Virus record (IMG/VR): IMGVR_UViG_3300033181_000230 | Location: 1-34,619 of that record | Reading direction: 5' to 3' (one strand) | Length of the DNA stretch: 34,619 nucleotides | From: a virus | Taxonomy: Duplodnaviria > Caudoviricetes | Shown: positions 9,424-19,379 of the stretch, one piece after another | Position numbering within the stretch: the first letter of the stretch is position 1 | Layout of the letters: every line of letters starts with the position of its first letter | Made by a program: the position numbers and the translations under genes | Notes under the pieces: generated by a model | Databases searched by the model: none | What the model was told of the DNA's origin: nothing | What the model saw: only the letters and a program-made list of their open reading frames with translations

Positions 9424-9749
9424 TGGCCGCGTCGAAGAGCACTCAGCAGGCCGGCGACTACCTCGTCCTCGCGGTGGGCGCCGGGTACCGCATCGGAGGG
9501 GACGTCACGGCGTTCGCCCTGCGCGGCAACATCGTGCCCCTCTCCGCGGATGAGGCGGAGCGCCTGGCCGTGCTTGGCGCGGTCCGTGAGGCAAGCGCGG
9601 AGGAGAAGACCCGCGCGGAGCAGGTGTTCGCCGCGGCGGAGGTCCTGATCGACCTCGGCCCGGCGGAGAACCCGTACGGCGGCACCCCGCTCGTCGACCC
9701 CGAGACGCACGCCGCGGAGCAAATCGCCGAGACCCGCAGGAAGAAGTAG
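9423..9749 (+). CDS. Hypothetical virion-associated protein
   Basis: Translationally coupled to the major capsid gene (TGATG). Confidence 0.6.
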   Translation: MAASKSTQQAGDYLVLAVGAGYRIGGDVTAFALRGNIVPLSADEAERLAVLGAVREASAEEKTRAEQVFAAAEVLIDLGPAENPYGGTPLVDPETHAAEQIAETRRKK

Positions 9750-9755
9750 CGGGCG

Positions 9756-11036
9756 ATGGCCGACAACACGCAGCTCAACGTCGGCACGGGCGGCGATGTC
9801 GTCGCCTCCGACGATGTTCAGACGCTGAACGGCCAAGCCTCCTCCGGGGTGAAGGTCGAGCGGACTAAGGTCACGTTCGGCGGGCCGAAGTCTGCGTCGG
9901 ATGTCTCCGCCTCGAACCCATTGCCGACGGCGGATGGCGGGCTCGGTACCGATGGGGCGACCCCGCCGGCGCTGGCCGGGTCGGGGGTCCGTGGGTGGCT
10001 CCGCGCGATCTACGAGCGCCTGAGCTCCGGGCTGCAGGTAACCGTCACGAATCCGGCATCCGGTGGCGCCACGGAAGGCACCCTCGCCGCGGCTAGGCAG
10101 GATCTCGACACGCTCGCCGGGAAGGATGTCGCGACCGCCGCTCGGCAGGACACTCAGACGACGGTTCTCGGGGCCAGCGGCGGAACGGCCCCTCCGAGTG
10201 GCTCCGGGGTCATGGGGTGGCTGCGCGGCATCCTCGACAAGCTGAACGGCACTCTCGACGTTGGTGATCGATCCGGCCGGCTGCTCGGGCACGTCACGAT
10301 CGACAACCCCTCGGCAACGGACGTGTCCACGCTCGCGAGGGACGCGACGCTCTCCACGGCGGCTGGCGGTCCCGGCTCGAGCCCGCCGGCGCTGACCGGC
10401 AACGGCAGCGGGATTCTCGGCTACCTACGAGGCGTGCTCGACGCGCTGCGCGGCACACTGACCGTCGGGGGCACCGTGAGCGTCGGGAACCTCCCGGCGA
10501 CGCAGCCGGTCTCGGCGACGGGCCTCCCGCTCCCGGCCGGTGCGAGCACCGAGGCGACGCTCGCTGCTGCGAAGGCCGACCTCGACGCGGTGAGCGCCGC
10601 GGCCGGGGCTCAGGCGGACGCGGCGTCGGCGAACACGATCATCGGTCGGCTCAAGACGATCGCCGGGGCGCTGGCCGGGACGCTCACGACGGACGTCTCC
10701 GATCGTGCCGGGCGGTTGCTAGGCACCACCACTCCGCTGAAGTCCGGCGATCAAGCCTCGACGTTGACGGACGGACGGAAGGTCGTCGCGACTGCCGGTA
10801 CTCGCGTGGCGCTCACCACGTCATCGACGTGCAAGTGGGTGACGCTCACGGCGTTGCACTCGAACACGGATGTGGTGATGGTCGGCGGTACTGGTGTCAT
10901 TGCGGCTCTTGCCACGCGGGCGGGTATCTCGCTAACGGCGGGGCAGGCGACGACGATCCCGGTCGATGATCCGTCGAAGATCAACGTGGACGCGATGGTC
11001 TCGGGCGAGGGCGTGCTGTTCCTGGTGGGCTCATGA
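9756..11036 (+). CDS. Gly/Ala/Thr-rich repeat-containing structural protein (putative head/neck fibre shaft)
   Basis: Repeats GVRGWLRAIYERL / GVMGWLRGILDKL / GILGYLRGVLDAL / TIIGRLKTIAGAL and DVGDRSGRLLG / DVSDRAGRLLG. Confidence 0.55.
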   Translation: MADNTQLNVGTGGDVVASDDVQTLNGQASSGVKVERTKVTFGGPKSASDVSASNPLPTADGGLGTDGATPPALAGSGVRGWLRAIYERLSSGLQVTVTNPASGGATEGTLAAARQDLDTLAGKDVATAARQDTQTTVLGASGGTAPPSGSGVMGWLRGILDKLNGTLDVGDRSGRLLGHVTIDNPSATDVSTLARDATLSTAAGGPGSSPPALTGNGSGILGYLRGVLDALRGTLTVGGTVSVGNLPATQPVSATGLPLPAGASTEATLAAAKADLDAVSAAAGAQADAASANTIIGRLKTIAGALAGTLTTDVSDRAGRLLGTTTPLKSGDQASTLTDGRKVVATAGTRVALTTSSTCKWVTLTALHSNTDVVMVGGTGVIAALATRAGISLTAGQATTIPVDDPSKINVDAMVSGEGVLFLVGS

Positions 11037-11938
11037 GCGGCCCTACGGTCAACTCCCCACCTTCGGCGGGAAGCAGTATCGGGACCGTCAGCGGGGAGAC
11101 GGCTCACGTTCTCGTCACGCCGAGCGCCAGCGATGAGAACGGGGTTGTCGTCAAGGCGCCGAGCGCGGCGTGGGGTGCCGCGAGTGTGCCGTATGGCAAG
11201 GGGCAGGCGTTCATGCTGCTCAAGGAGGGCGCCGCGGGCGCGACGTTGCCCGACGATCTCGTGATGTTCCGCGTTGACCCCAGCGGTGCGATCGGATCGT
11301 GCGGCGGTATCCACTCCGCGCCCGGGCTTCGCGCTCGCGCTGGCTTCGTGCCCGCCTACGGGCTCCGCATCCAGCCGTCCATCGATTGCCCCGGCATCAT
11401 CATCGACTCAGTCGCCAGCCCTGCGAGCGACTTTCTGCTCGTGCGCGAGAACGGCACCGGCAACCCGTTCCTCCGCGTCGATTCCAGCGGCCGCGTCACG
11501 TTCAACACGCCGCAGGCGCGCGCGCGCCGCACGACGAATCTGAGCCTTTCCAACGGGTTGCCCGCCCTCATTGCTTTCGATGCCGAGGACTACGACACCG
11601 ACGCGATTCACGACCTCGTGACCAACACGACCCGGCTGACCTGTCGGACCGCCGGTGTGTACGACATCAAGGCGGGCGTTCGGTTCGCCGCCAACGCGAC
11701 CGGCTACCGACAGGTCTACATCCAGCGGAACAGCAGCAGCGCCAACACCATCGGCGCCGAGCTACGGAACGCCTCCGCGGTCGGCCCCACCGACTTGAAC
11801 GTGAGCACGTCCTACAAGCTCGCGGTGGGCGATTACATCGAGGTAGTCGCCACGCAGGACAGCGGCGGCGCCCTCGACCTCTCCGCGGCGGGCCCTCAGG
11901 CACCGGTGTTCTCAATGACCTACACCGGCCGAGGCTAA
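11033..11938 (+). CDS. Fibre/adhesin-like protein with C-terminal C1q/TNF-like beta domain
   Basis: FDAEDYDTDAIHD...TRLTCRTAGVYDIKAGVRF...YKLAVGDYIEV resembles C1q-like phage fibre tips. Confidence 0.6.
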   Translation: MSGPTVNSPPSAGSSIGTVSGETAHVLVTPSASDENGVVVKAPSAAWGAASVPYGKGQAFMLLKEGAAGATLPDDLVMFRVDPSGAIGSCGGIHSAPGLRARAGFVPAYGLRIQPSIDCPGIIIDSVASPASDFLLVRENGTGNPFLRVDSSGRVTFNTPQARARRTTNLSLSNGLPALIAFDAEDYDTDAIHDLVTNTTRLTCRTAGVYDIKAGVRFAANATGYRQVYIQRNSSSANTIGAELRNASAVGPTDLNVSTSYKLAVGDYIEVVATQDSGGALDLSAAGPQAPVFSMTYTGRG

Positions 11939-11941
11939 GTC

Positions 11942-12136
11942 GTGGAACCAATAGCCATCGACCCCGATCACCTGTTCGCCCGAATCGGCCGGCTCACCAT
12001 CGAGAACGAGCTACTCCGCGTGGAACTTGACGCCCTACGGCCACCCGAGCCCGAAGCCGGAAGCACCCCGGGACTCATCCCATCTCCAGCTCGCAGAAGG
12101 GACGGTCAAGCCGATGACGCTCGCCTCCCTCCTTGA
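11942..12136 (+). CDS. Small hypothetical protein (short coiled coil)
   Basis: GTG after GAGG; LFARIGRLTIENELLRVEL. Confidence 0.5.
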   Translation: MEPIAIDPDHLFARIGRLTIENELLRVELDALRPPEPEAGSTPGLIPSPARRRDGQADDARLPP

Positions 12137-12614
12137 GCCGCTCACGACAACCGCCACGGCCCCGCCGTACGCCCCGGACCTCGGGGACGTTGGCGCGATC
12201 CTCCGCGCGCGCACCCTCGACAGCAACGGCGTGGAGACTGGCACGTTCAACTCGGACACCCGTCCCACTGGCAGCGAGACGGAAAGGCTCATCGCCCAGG
12301 CCACTGATGATGTGACCGACCAAACCGGCATCCAGATCCCGTCCGCGTTGTGGCGTCCCACCCGGTCGGTCATCGCCTACCGGGCAGCGATGCTCGTCGA
12401 GCTCTCCTACTTCCCCGAGCAGGTCGGGGCCGGGAAGAGCCCGTACCCGCAGTATGAGGCGCTCTACGCCGACGCGCTGACCCGTCTCATCGCCGCGGCC
12501 CGCGAGGCCGCGTCCGGCGAGGCCCCCGGCGTCGGGGACGATCCGGGCTTCGCGGTCTACTCCTTCGGCGGGCCGATGCTGCAGCCGGGCATCGGGATGC
12601 GGACCGTCTGGTGA
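12114..12614 (+). CDS. Head-to-tail adaptor
   Basis: DVGAILRART...GTFNSDTRPT...AAMLVELSYFPEQ resembles actinobacteriophage adaptors; gene position fits. Confidence 0.7.
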   Translation: MTLASLLEPLTTTATAPPYAPDLGDVGAILRARTLDSNGVETGTFNSDTRPTGSETERLIAQATDDVTDQTGIQIPSALWRPTRSVIAYRAAMLVELSYFPEQVGAGKSPYPQYEALYADALTRLIAAAREAASGEAPGVGDDPGFAVYSFGGPMLQPGIGMRTVW

Positions 12615-13075
12615 GGTTCACGTTCGAGGCGCACGGCGAGAAGCTCATCGAGCGCGAGATCCTCCGCGTGGGGAATCGCGCCGCGGATCACCGTCCCGCG
12701 TTCGAGGTTGTCGCCCGGGCGATGATGGCGATCGAGCGCGAGCAGTTCGACGCCGAGGGTGGCCGCTCCGGCGGCTGGCCGGCGCTCTCCCCGCACACCG
12801 CCGCGGAGAAGACCCGGAAGGGCGAGGACCCGCGCGTCCTGCACGCCACGCTCGACTTGATGCGCTCCCTCACCGAGCAGGGCGACTCGAACCAGCTTCT
12901 CGAGATCCACGAATCGTGGATGGCGTTCGGCTCCCACCTCCCGTACGCGAGCATCCATCAGCGCGGCGGGAAGAACCTTCCGCAGCGCCGCCCGATCGAC
13001 TTCAACGAGGCGGACCGGCAGGGCATCGTGAAGATCATCCAACGGTGGCTGATGCGCGGGGAGGCGGCGCTGTGA
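12611..13075 (+). CDS. Phage virion morphogenesis (neck) protein
   Basis: EQFDAEG...WPALSP...L..SL...FGSHLPYASIHQRGG..LPQR motif of the Mu G/P2 S-like family. Confidence 0.8.
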   Translation: MRFTFEAHGEKLIEREILRVGNRAADHRPAFEVVARAMMAIEREQFDAEGGRSGGWPALSPHTAAEKTRKGEDPRVLHATLDLMRSLTEQGDSNQLLEIHESWMAFGSHLPYASIHQRGGKNLPQRRPIDFNEADRQGIVKIIQRWLMRGEAAL

Positions 13076-13680
13076 ACCTTCTCGGCCCGATCCTCACCGC
13101 TGATCACGTGGAGCAGGCGGCGCTCGACACGCTCAAGGCGTGGATGCCGACCTATCTCGCGGAGATGGAGCGCCAGACCGGCCGGCCCGCCGGGTCGGTT
13201 CCGATGGTCAGGTCATGGTCGACGCTGAACCAGTTCGCGCACTGGACTGAGGATCAGCTCCCCGGCGTGATCCTCGTCTCCCCTGGCCTCGCGCAGCATC
13301 CCACGCGGAGGGGTGACGGGAGCAACTGGGCGCGCTGGACGCTCGGCGTCGGCATCGTCGTCTCCGCGAGGGACCAGCCGACGACGAACGCCTTGGCGAA
13401 GCTCTACGCCGCCGCCGTTCGCGCCTGCCTCTTGCAGCACCCGAGCCTCGGCGGGAAGTCCGAAGGATTGGGCTGGACGGATGAGCGCTACACCGACGTG
13501 CCCTCCGACCAGGCGCGCAGCGTCGCCGGCGCGCAGCTCATCTTCTGGGTCGAATACAAGGATGTCGTAAACGACCAGATGGGCCCGCCGTTCCCCGCGC
13601 AGCCATCGCCGACGCCGCTCACCGACCCGGGGGACGGGCCGGTGGTGCGCACCCACACGACCAGCGTAACCCCCCGATAG
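13072..13680 (+). CDS. Putative tail terminator/completion protein
   Basis: GTG overlaps the upstream stop; lies between neck and sheath genes. Confidence 0.55.
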   Translation: MNLLGPILTADHVEQAALDTLKAWMPTYLAEMERQTGRPAGSVPMVRSWSTLNQFAHWTEDQLPGVILVSPGLAQHPTRRGDGSNWARWTLGVGIVVSARDQPTTNALAKLYAAAVRACLLQHPSLGGKSEGLGWTDERYTDVPSDQARSVAGAQLIFWVEYKDVVNDQMGPPFPAQPSPTPLTDPGDGPVVRTHTTSVTPR

Positions 13681-13689
13681 GAGGCCCAG

Positions 13690-13875
13690 GTGAGCAACGA
13701 GTATCGAGTGGTCAGCGACCACCCAGAGGACCTCGCCGACGGCCGCCAGGTCGGGCCCGGTGAGTTCGTGAAGAACGTCGACCCTGACGAGCCGCACAAC
13801 CGTCGCCTCATCGACGACGGACGGATCATCGAGACCAAGTCGGCCGTCAAGGCCGGGAAGGAGAAGGGCGCATGA
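13690..13875 (+). CDS. Small hypothetical tail-associated protein
   Basis: GGAGG RBS; typical small gene preceding a sheath gene. Confidence 0.55.
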   Translation: MSNEYRVVSDHPEDLADGRQVGPGEFVKNVDPDEPHNRRLIDDGRIIETKSAVKAGKEKGA

Positions 13876-15314
13876 GCCTCCCCGGCACCGTCATCCGCAG
13901 CCTCGACCAGCCCCCCCCGAGAAGCGCGCCGACCGACACGGGCGTCGCGTTCGTGCCGGGGATCACGGAGCGCGGCCCGTCCATCCCGGTGCTCGTGCGC
14001 TCATTGAGCGAGTACGTCGCGACGTTCGGCCAGCGCGCCACCTACGGACCGCTCTACGACTGGCTCGACACGTTCTTCCAAGAGGGCGGCAACAAGGCGT
14101 ACGTCAGCCGTGTCCTCGGCCCGGCCCCGGTGATCGCGCAGGCCACTCTGAACGACGGCGCTGCCCCGCCCGTCGCTTCGCTGATCGTTCGCGCGAAGAG
14201 CGCGGGGGCGTGGGCCAACCAGCTCGCCGTCCAGGCCGTGGCGGGGGGTGGCGCTGGGACGATTCAGCTCTCGGTGCAGTCGCCGGCCGGGACGGAGATC
14301 GAGCGCTCCCCCGATCTCGCTACGCAGCAGGACGCGGTCAACTGGGCGCAGGTCTCCACGAACGTCAACGTGACGCTCGGCGCGAGCGCCCTCCTCCCCG
14401 CAGCGGGGGCGGCGGTGGCGCTGACGGGCGGCACCGGGGATCACGCCAACGCACTGGACGCGCAGTGGCGGACCGCCTTGGGCGTGTTCACGAAGGACCT
14501 CGGCCCGGGGCAGGTGTCGATGCCGGGCCGCACCACGGCCGCGGCGCACACCGATCTGCTCGGGCACGCCCAGGCGAATAACCGCGTCGCGGTCCTCGAC
14601 GCGCCGGACACTCCGACCGCCTTGACGCTCCGGGTCACAGCGGCGGCGCAGCGCTCCGGGGTCAACGCCCGCTACGGCGCGCTGTTCGCACCCTGGATCA
14701 CGGTGCCGGGCGTCGCGCCGAACACCACGAGGACCGTGCCGCCCTCCGCACTCGTGTGCGGGGCGATCGCCCGGTCGGACCTCGCGAACAGCCCGAACGT
14801 CCCCGCCGCCGGGGAGAACGGCCAGGCGCGCTACGCGCTCGGCCTCTCCCAGGCGTACACCGACGCGGACCGCGGCATCCTCAACGACGCGGGGGTCGAC
14901 GTGATCCTCACGAAGTACGGCGGGGTCCGCGTCTACGGGTGGCGCACCCTCGTCGATCCCGTCAATCCGACGTGGCTCGCGTTCTCCAACAGCCGCCTGT
15001 ACATGGCGATCGCCGCCCGGGGGGACGCTATCGCGGAGAGCGAGGTGCTCAAGCAGCTCGACGGCCGCCGGCTGGAGATCGCGAAGTTCGGCGGCAAGCT
15101 CACCGGGATGCTGCTCGACTTCTACGGTGCCGGGTCGTTGTTCGGCGCCACGCCGGACGACGCGTTCCGGGTGGACGTCGGGCCGCAGGTCAACACCCTG
15201 CAAAGCATGAGCGCCGGCGAGCTGCACGCCGTCCTCGCGCTGAAGTTCTCACCGTTCGCGGAGACCGTCTACATCGACATAGCCAAGACGCCGATCACGG
15301 AGGTGCTCGCATGA
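13872..15314 (+). CDS. Contractile tail sheath protein
   Basis: LPGTVI...GITERGP..PVLVRSLSEY...FFQEGG.KAYVSRV; NRVAVLDAP; VPPSA..CGAIARSD; GVRVYGWRTL. Confidence 0.92.
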   Translation: MSLPGTVIRSLDQPPPRSAPTDTGVAFVPGITERGPSIPVLVRSLSEYVATFGQRATYGPLYDWLDTFFQEGGNKAYVSRVLGPAPVIAQATLNDGAAPPVASLIVRAKSAGAWANQLAVQAVAGGGAGTIQLSVQSPAGTEIERSPDLATQQDAVNWAQVSTNVNVTLGASALLPAAGAAVALTGGTGDHANALDAQWRTALGVFTKDLGPGQVSMPGRTTAAAHTDLLGHAQANNRVAVLDAPDTPTALTLRVTAAAQRSGVNARYGALFAPWITVPGVAPNTTRTVPPSALVCGAIARSDLANSPNVPAAGENGQARYALGLSQAYTDADRGILNDAGVDVILTKYGGVRVYGWRTLVDPVNPTWLAFSNSRLYMAIAARGDAIAESEVLKQLDGRRLEIAKFGGKLTGMLLDFYGAGSLFGATPDDAFRVDVGPQVNTLQSMSAGELHAVLALKFSPFAETVYIDIAKTPITEVLA

Positions 15315-15721
15315 GCCGCACCGATCAGTACAGCGTGAGCGTCGCCCTCGACGGTCGGGATCTCGGGATCTGGGACAAGCTGACCGGCGGGGACCTCGAC
15401 TCCAACGAGACGAAGTACAAGCCGGGGGCGATGGGCGACGGGGTCAGCCTCGGCGGTAGCCGGATGGTCTCCGACGTGGTCGTCTCCCGGCTCTACGTCC
15501 TCGATCGCGACCATGCGCAGAACTCCACGATCCGAGCGCGCGTCGGGAGGGGCCGGGTGACCATCACCAAGCAGCCGCTTGACGTGGACGGCAACGCCTA
15601 CGGCCGCCCGCTCGTCTACACCGGCAAGTTGAAGACGCTCAACTACCCCGACGCGGACAGCGAGGGCAACGCGGCTGCGCTGGTGGCGCTCACGATCAGC
15701 ACGGATGACAACATCGGATGA
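15311..15721 (+). CDS. Tail tube protein
   Basis: 136-aa beta-rich protein (MSRTDQYSVSV...) coupled to the sheath gene. Confidence 0.78.
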   Translation: MSRTDQYSVSVALDGRDLGIWDKLTGGDLDSNETKYKPGAMGDGVSLGGSRMVSDVVVSRLYVLDRDHAQNSTIRARVGRGRVTITKQPLDVDGNAYGRPLVYTGKLKTLNYPDADSEGNAAALVALTISTDDNIG

Positions 15722-16245
15722 CCGTCGAGGAGGAACCCACCGCACTCACCGCGATCGAGGGAGCCAGTCAGATCGTCGACGGTTCCCAGAGCCTTCTCGA
15801 TTCGGTCATCGCGAGCCGTGAGGAGATCCGCGGCGAGCATCACCTCGACCTCGAGGTCCCCGGCTACAAGGGGGTCCTGTGGCTCCGCTTCAGGCTGATC
15901 CCGTTCAAGCAGACCGAGCGGATGGGCGAGCGGCTGCGCCGCGAGAGCAAGAAGCTCGAGAGCATGACGCTGACCGGCGCGATCGACACGCTGATCGCCG
16001 GGTGCGAGCAGGTGATGCTCAAGGACGGCGACACGCTGCGCCCGATCGACCCGGCCGCCGAACCGCCCGTGAAGCTCGAGCAGCGTCTCGCGGAGCTCCT
16101 GCGCTTCGAGGCCGACACCGCCCGCAAGGTGGTCCGTGAGCTGTTCGGCAACGACTACGCGATCACGCAGACCGCAGTGCGGCTCTCCCGCTGGATGACG
16201 GACACCACGAGGGAGGTCGACGAAGACTTCCTGGGGGAAATCTAA
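15718..16245 (+). CDS. Tail assembly chaperone (gpG-like)
   Basis: Lies between tube and tape measure genes and ends in CTG GGG GAA ATC TAA. Confidence 0.8.
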   Translation: MTVEEEPTALTAIEGASQIVDGSQSLLDSVIASREEIRGEHHLDLEVPGYKGVLWLRFRLIPFKQTERMGERLRRESKKLESMTLTGAIDTLIAGCEQVMLKDGDTLRPIDPAAEPPVKLEQRLAELLRFEADTARKVVRELFGNDYAITQTAVRLSRWMTDTTREVDEDFLGEI

Positions 16246-16448
16246 GGCACGAGCAGGCGATCATCGAGGCCGCCCGTGTCGGCCTCGCGGGGATCGACCC
16301 GATGCGGTTCCTGACCACGCGGAACCCCGTCGAGGTGATGGTGATGCAGGCCGTCGCCAATAAGCACCTTGAGCTTGAGCAGAAGCTCAGCCGGTCTCGT
16401 GCCGTGGACATCGCCAACGCCTACACGGAATCCCAGAAGGGCGGTTAG
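16233..16448 (+). CDS. -1 frameshift extension of the tail assembly chaperone (gpGT-like)
   Basis: Slippery GGGGGAA at 16233-16239. The -1 frame reads GGNLRHEQAIIEAARVGLAGIDPMRFL...SQKGG and stops at 16446-16448, just before the tape measure ATG. Confidence 0.75.
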   Translation, partial: GGNLRHEQAIIEAARVGLAGIDPMRFLTTRNPVEVMVMQAVANKHLELEQKLSRSRAVDIANAYTESQKGG

Positions 16449-16450
16449 CC

Positions 16451-18661
16451 ATGCCCGAAGCTGACGCCCTTGACGTGATCCTCCGCCTGCAGGGCCTCCG
16501 GTCCTTCGTGGCCGGCACCCGGGAGGCTGCTGCCGGGGTCCGCGGGGTCGGGAGGGCCACGGAGGAGTCGAATCTCGCGTCGCGCAAGGCGAGCGCCGCG
16601 CAGGGACGCCAGGTCGGGGTCCTCGGCTTGCTCCGCAAAGCGTCGCTCGGGGTGGGAGGTGCTCTCGCTCTCGCGGGGGTGGAGGGCGTGAAGATGAGCG
16701 TCCGCTTCCAAGCGTCGATGGAGCGCGTCCACACGCAGGCCGGGGCGGCGCAATCCCAGATCAAGGGGCTGAGCGACCAGATCCTCAGAATGTCCGGGCG
16801 CTCAACCGCGCAAGGCCCGATGGCCCTTTCGAAGGGCCTCTACGACTTCATCAGCGTCGGCATGAAAGCCAAGCAGGCGATGCTCGCGCTGGGCCAGGCC
16901 GCGAACCTCGCCGACGTCGGGCAATCGAACCTCGAGCAGACCGCCGCCGCCCTGGCCGGCGCGTGGAAGTCGGGGATCAGCGGGGCGACGAACTTCAACA
17001 TGGCCGCCGCGACGGTGAACGCGACGGTCGGCGCCGGGAAGATGACGATGCAGGACTACGTCGAGGCGCTCGGCACCGGCATCCTGCCCGCCGCGAAGGG
17101 CGCGGGGATCACGTTCAAGAACCTCGGCGCGGCCGTCGCCGTGTTGACGGATGAGAACTACAAGGGGTCCTCGGCGACCGCGCAGCTCGCTACCGCGCTG
17201 CATTTCATCACCGATCCGACGTCGAAGGCGACCAAGGCGTTCAAGGATCTGCACCTGACGCAGTATCAGCTCGCGGACTCGATCCGCAAGACCGGCAGTC
17301 TCCAGCCGGCGTTGAAGCTGCTGCACGACCGGCTCTCCTCGGTCAGTGACCCGAACCGCCGTGCGAGCGACCTGGGCGCGATCTTCCCCGGCGGCCGTGG
17401 CCGGGTGCTGCAAGTGCTGCTCAACCAGTACGACAACCTCGCGCAGAAGCAGAAGCAGATCGAGGGCACCACAAAGAACTTCGGTGACTCGGTCAGGCGA
17501 ACCCACGAGACCGCGTCGTACAAGATCCACGCGGCGTGGGCGAGAGTGCAGGTCGGGCTCATCCGGTTCGGTGACATGCTCGGCAAGTACGTCGTCCCGA
17601 TCATCGCCCGGGTCTTGCAGGCGGGCGCAAAGCTCCTCGTGTGGCTCTCCGGGATGCCCGGCCGGATCGCCGCGGTCGTCCACTGGTTCCACGGTTTGCC
17701 CGGCCCGCTGAAGCTCCTCGTGAGCATCATCGCGTCGATGGTTGGCTCCGCCGCGATCATGTTCGGCCTGCTCCGCGCGTTCATGGCCCTGCGGACCGGC
17801 ATCCTCGCCGTCCGCACCGCCGCGACCCTGTTCTTCCTGTTCATGCGCGCCGCTCCCCTGCTGATGGGGCCGGTCGGGATCGCGATCTTCGCGATCATCA
17901 CCGTGCTCTTGCTGATGGTCACGCACTGGAAGCAGACGAAGGCCGCATTGGCCGCCGTGTGGCACTGGATGACCGCCGCGTTCCACGCCGTCGTCGGCGC
18001 TCTCGTCGCCGCCGCAAAGGGCTACATCCACATCCTCAAGGCGGTCTGGACACCGATCTTCAACATCCTCACCTTCCCGATCCGCCTGGCCGCGAAGCTC
18101 CTCGGCGTCTCGTGGCACACCATCGGGCAGGGCGCGACCGACGCCATGAACTGGATCAAGCGGGCGTTTACCAACGTCGTCTCTTGGCTGGGTGGCGTGA
18201 TCGGGAAGTTCGCTTCGATCGCCGGCTCCATCTACAAGGCGTTCACCGGTGCTTTCTCGGGGCTCGGCGGATTCGTCGGTGGGGTGTTCAAGGGCGCGAT
18301 CAACATCGCCGTCGACGTCGTGAACTTCCTCATCCAGCAGCTCAACAGCCTCTCGGACTTCATCAAGAGCGCCTCGAACATCAAGCTGGCCGGGGTGGCG
18401 GTCACTGCCGGCGGGGTTGACCTCGGACACATCGGCCAGATCCCGCACATGGCGCTCGGCGGCACCGTGACCCATTCGGGGACGGTGATGGTCGGCGAGC
18501 GCGGCCCCGAGCTTCTCCACCTCCCTCCCGGCGCGCAGGTCCAGCCGCTGAACCCCTCCGACGGGCAGACGACTCCCGTCCATACGCACGTGTACCTAGA
18601 CGGGCGCAAGATCGCCGAAGCCGTCGGCTCCTACACCGCTGATCGGCTGGCCAGGGCATGA
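16451..18661 (+). CDS. Tape measure protein
   Basis: 736 aa, Ala/Gly-rich and helical, with a TP901-like core, hydrophobic mid-region and C-terminal VGERGPEL. Confidence 0.9.
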   Translation: MPEADALDVILRLQGLRSFVAGTREAAAGVRGVGRATEESNLASRKASAAQGRQVGVLGLLRKASLGVGGALALAGVEGVKMSVRFQASMERVHTQAGAAQSQIKGLSDQILRMSGRSTAQGPMALSKGLYDFISVGMKAKQAMLALGQAANLADVGQSNLEQTAAALAGAWKSGISGATNFNMAAATVNATVGAGKMTMQDYVEALGTGILPAAKGAGITFKNLGAAVAVLTDENYKGSSATAQLATALHFITDPTSKATKAFKDLHLTQYQLADSIRKTGSLQPALKLLHDRLSSVSDPNRRASDLGAIFPGGRGRVLQVLLNQYDNLAQKQKQIEGTTKNFGDSVRRTHETASYKIHAAWARVQVGLIRFGDMLGKYVVPIIARVLQAGAKLLVWLSGMPGRIAAVVHWFHGLPGPLKLLVSIIASMVGSAAIMFGLLRAFMALRTGILAVRTAATLFFLFMRAAPLLMGPVGIAIFAIITVLLLMVTHWKQTKAALAAVWHWMTAAFHAVVGALVAAAKGYIHILKAVWTPIFNILTFPIRLAAKLLGVSWHTIGQGATDAMNWIKRAFTNVVSWLGGVIGKFASIAGSIYKAFTGAFSGLGGFVGGVFKGAINIAVDVVNFLIQQLNSLSDFIKSASNIKLAGVAVTAGGVDLGHIGQIPHMALGGTVTHSGTVMVGERGPELLHLPPGAQVQPLNPSDGQTTPVHTHVYLDGRKIAEAVGSYTADRLARA

Positions 18662-19365
18662 CCGAGAAGCTCCGCTACCAGCACGTCCGGTTCCGCACCT
18701 ACTCCCCGTCGAGCGTCCTCGACGTGCTCATGGGCGACGGTCCCGCGCAGATCTCCGGCGGGTTCGGCGGCTGGCAGGTCATCAAGCGACCGAAGCGCAT
18801 CTCGCTCACCGAATGGCAGGGCGTCGATCCCACGACACAGACAATCCCGGTCATGTTCGACGGGTGGACGGATGAGCGCAGCGTCGAACCGGAGATCGCG
18901 CGGTTGGAGGCGATGAGCCGTGCGAGCCCCGGCGAGCTCGAACCGCCGATCGTCAGGATCGCCGGGCCGATCCACCACCCCGAGCTCGACTGGGTCATCA
19001 GCGAGATCCAGCACGGCGACACGATCCGCCGCCGGCACGACGGGCGCCGGGTTCGCCAGGCGTCGAGCGTGATGCTCATGCACTACATCGAGGACACGCA
19101 ACTGACTGCCGCCAAGCGCCACCGCGGCCGCGACGACCTGACCGCCCGGTTCGGGCACCCCGCTCTGCATCGCACGGTGATCGTCCGGCGTGGCGACACG
19201 CTCCCGAAGATCGCGGCCAGGGAGCTCGGGAAAGCGTCCCGGTGGCGGGAGATCGCGACGCTGAACCACATCCGCGACCCGAAGCACTTGAAGATCGGCC
19301 AGAAGCTGAAGATGCCGCGCCCGCAGATGGGCGAGGTCGACAGCAAGGTGCAGGCCGTGCGCTAG
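18658..19365 (+). CDS. LysM-domain tail tube initiator/baseplate protein
   Basis: C-terminal LysM VRRGDTLPKIAARELGKASRWREIATLNHIRDP..LKIGQKL; follows the tape measure gene. Confidence 0.82.
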   Translation: MTEKLRYQHVRFRTYSPSSVLDVLMGDGPAQISGGFGGWQVIKRPKRISLTEWQGVDPTTQTIPVMFDGWTDERSVEPEIARLEAMSRASPGELEPPIVRIAGPIHHPELDWVISEIQHGDTIRRRHDGRRVRQASSVMLMHYIEDTQLTAAKRHRGRDDLTARFGHPALHRTVIVRRGDTLPKIAARELGKASRWREIATLNHIRDPKHLKIGQKLKMPRPQMGEVDSKVQAVR

Positions 19366-19379
19366 AAGGGGGTGGCCGG

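Noticed and set aside
13911-13918. C8 tract near the start of the sheath gene as a phase-variation site
   Set aside because: The gene is in frame and such runs are expected at this GC content.
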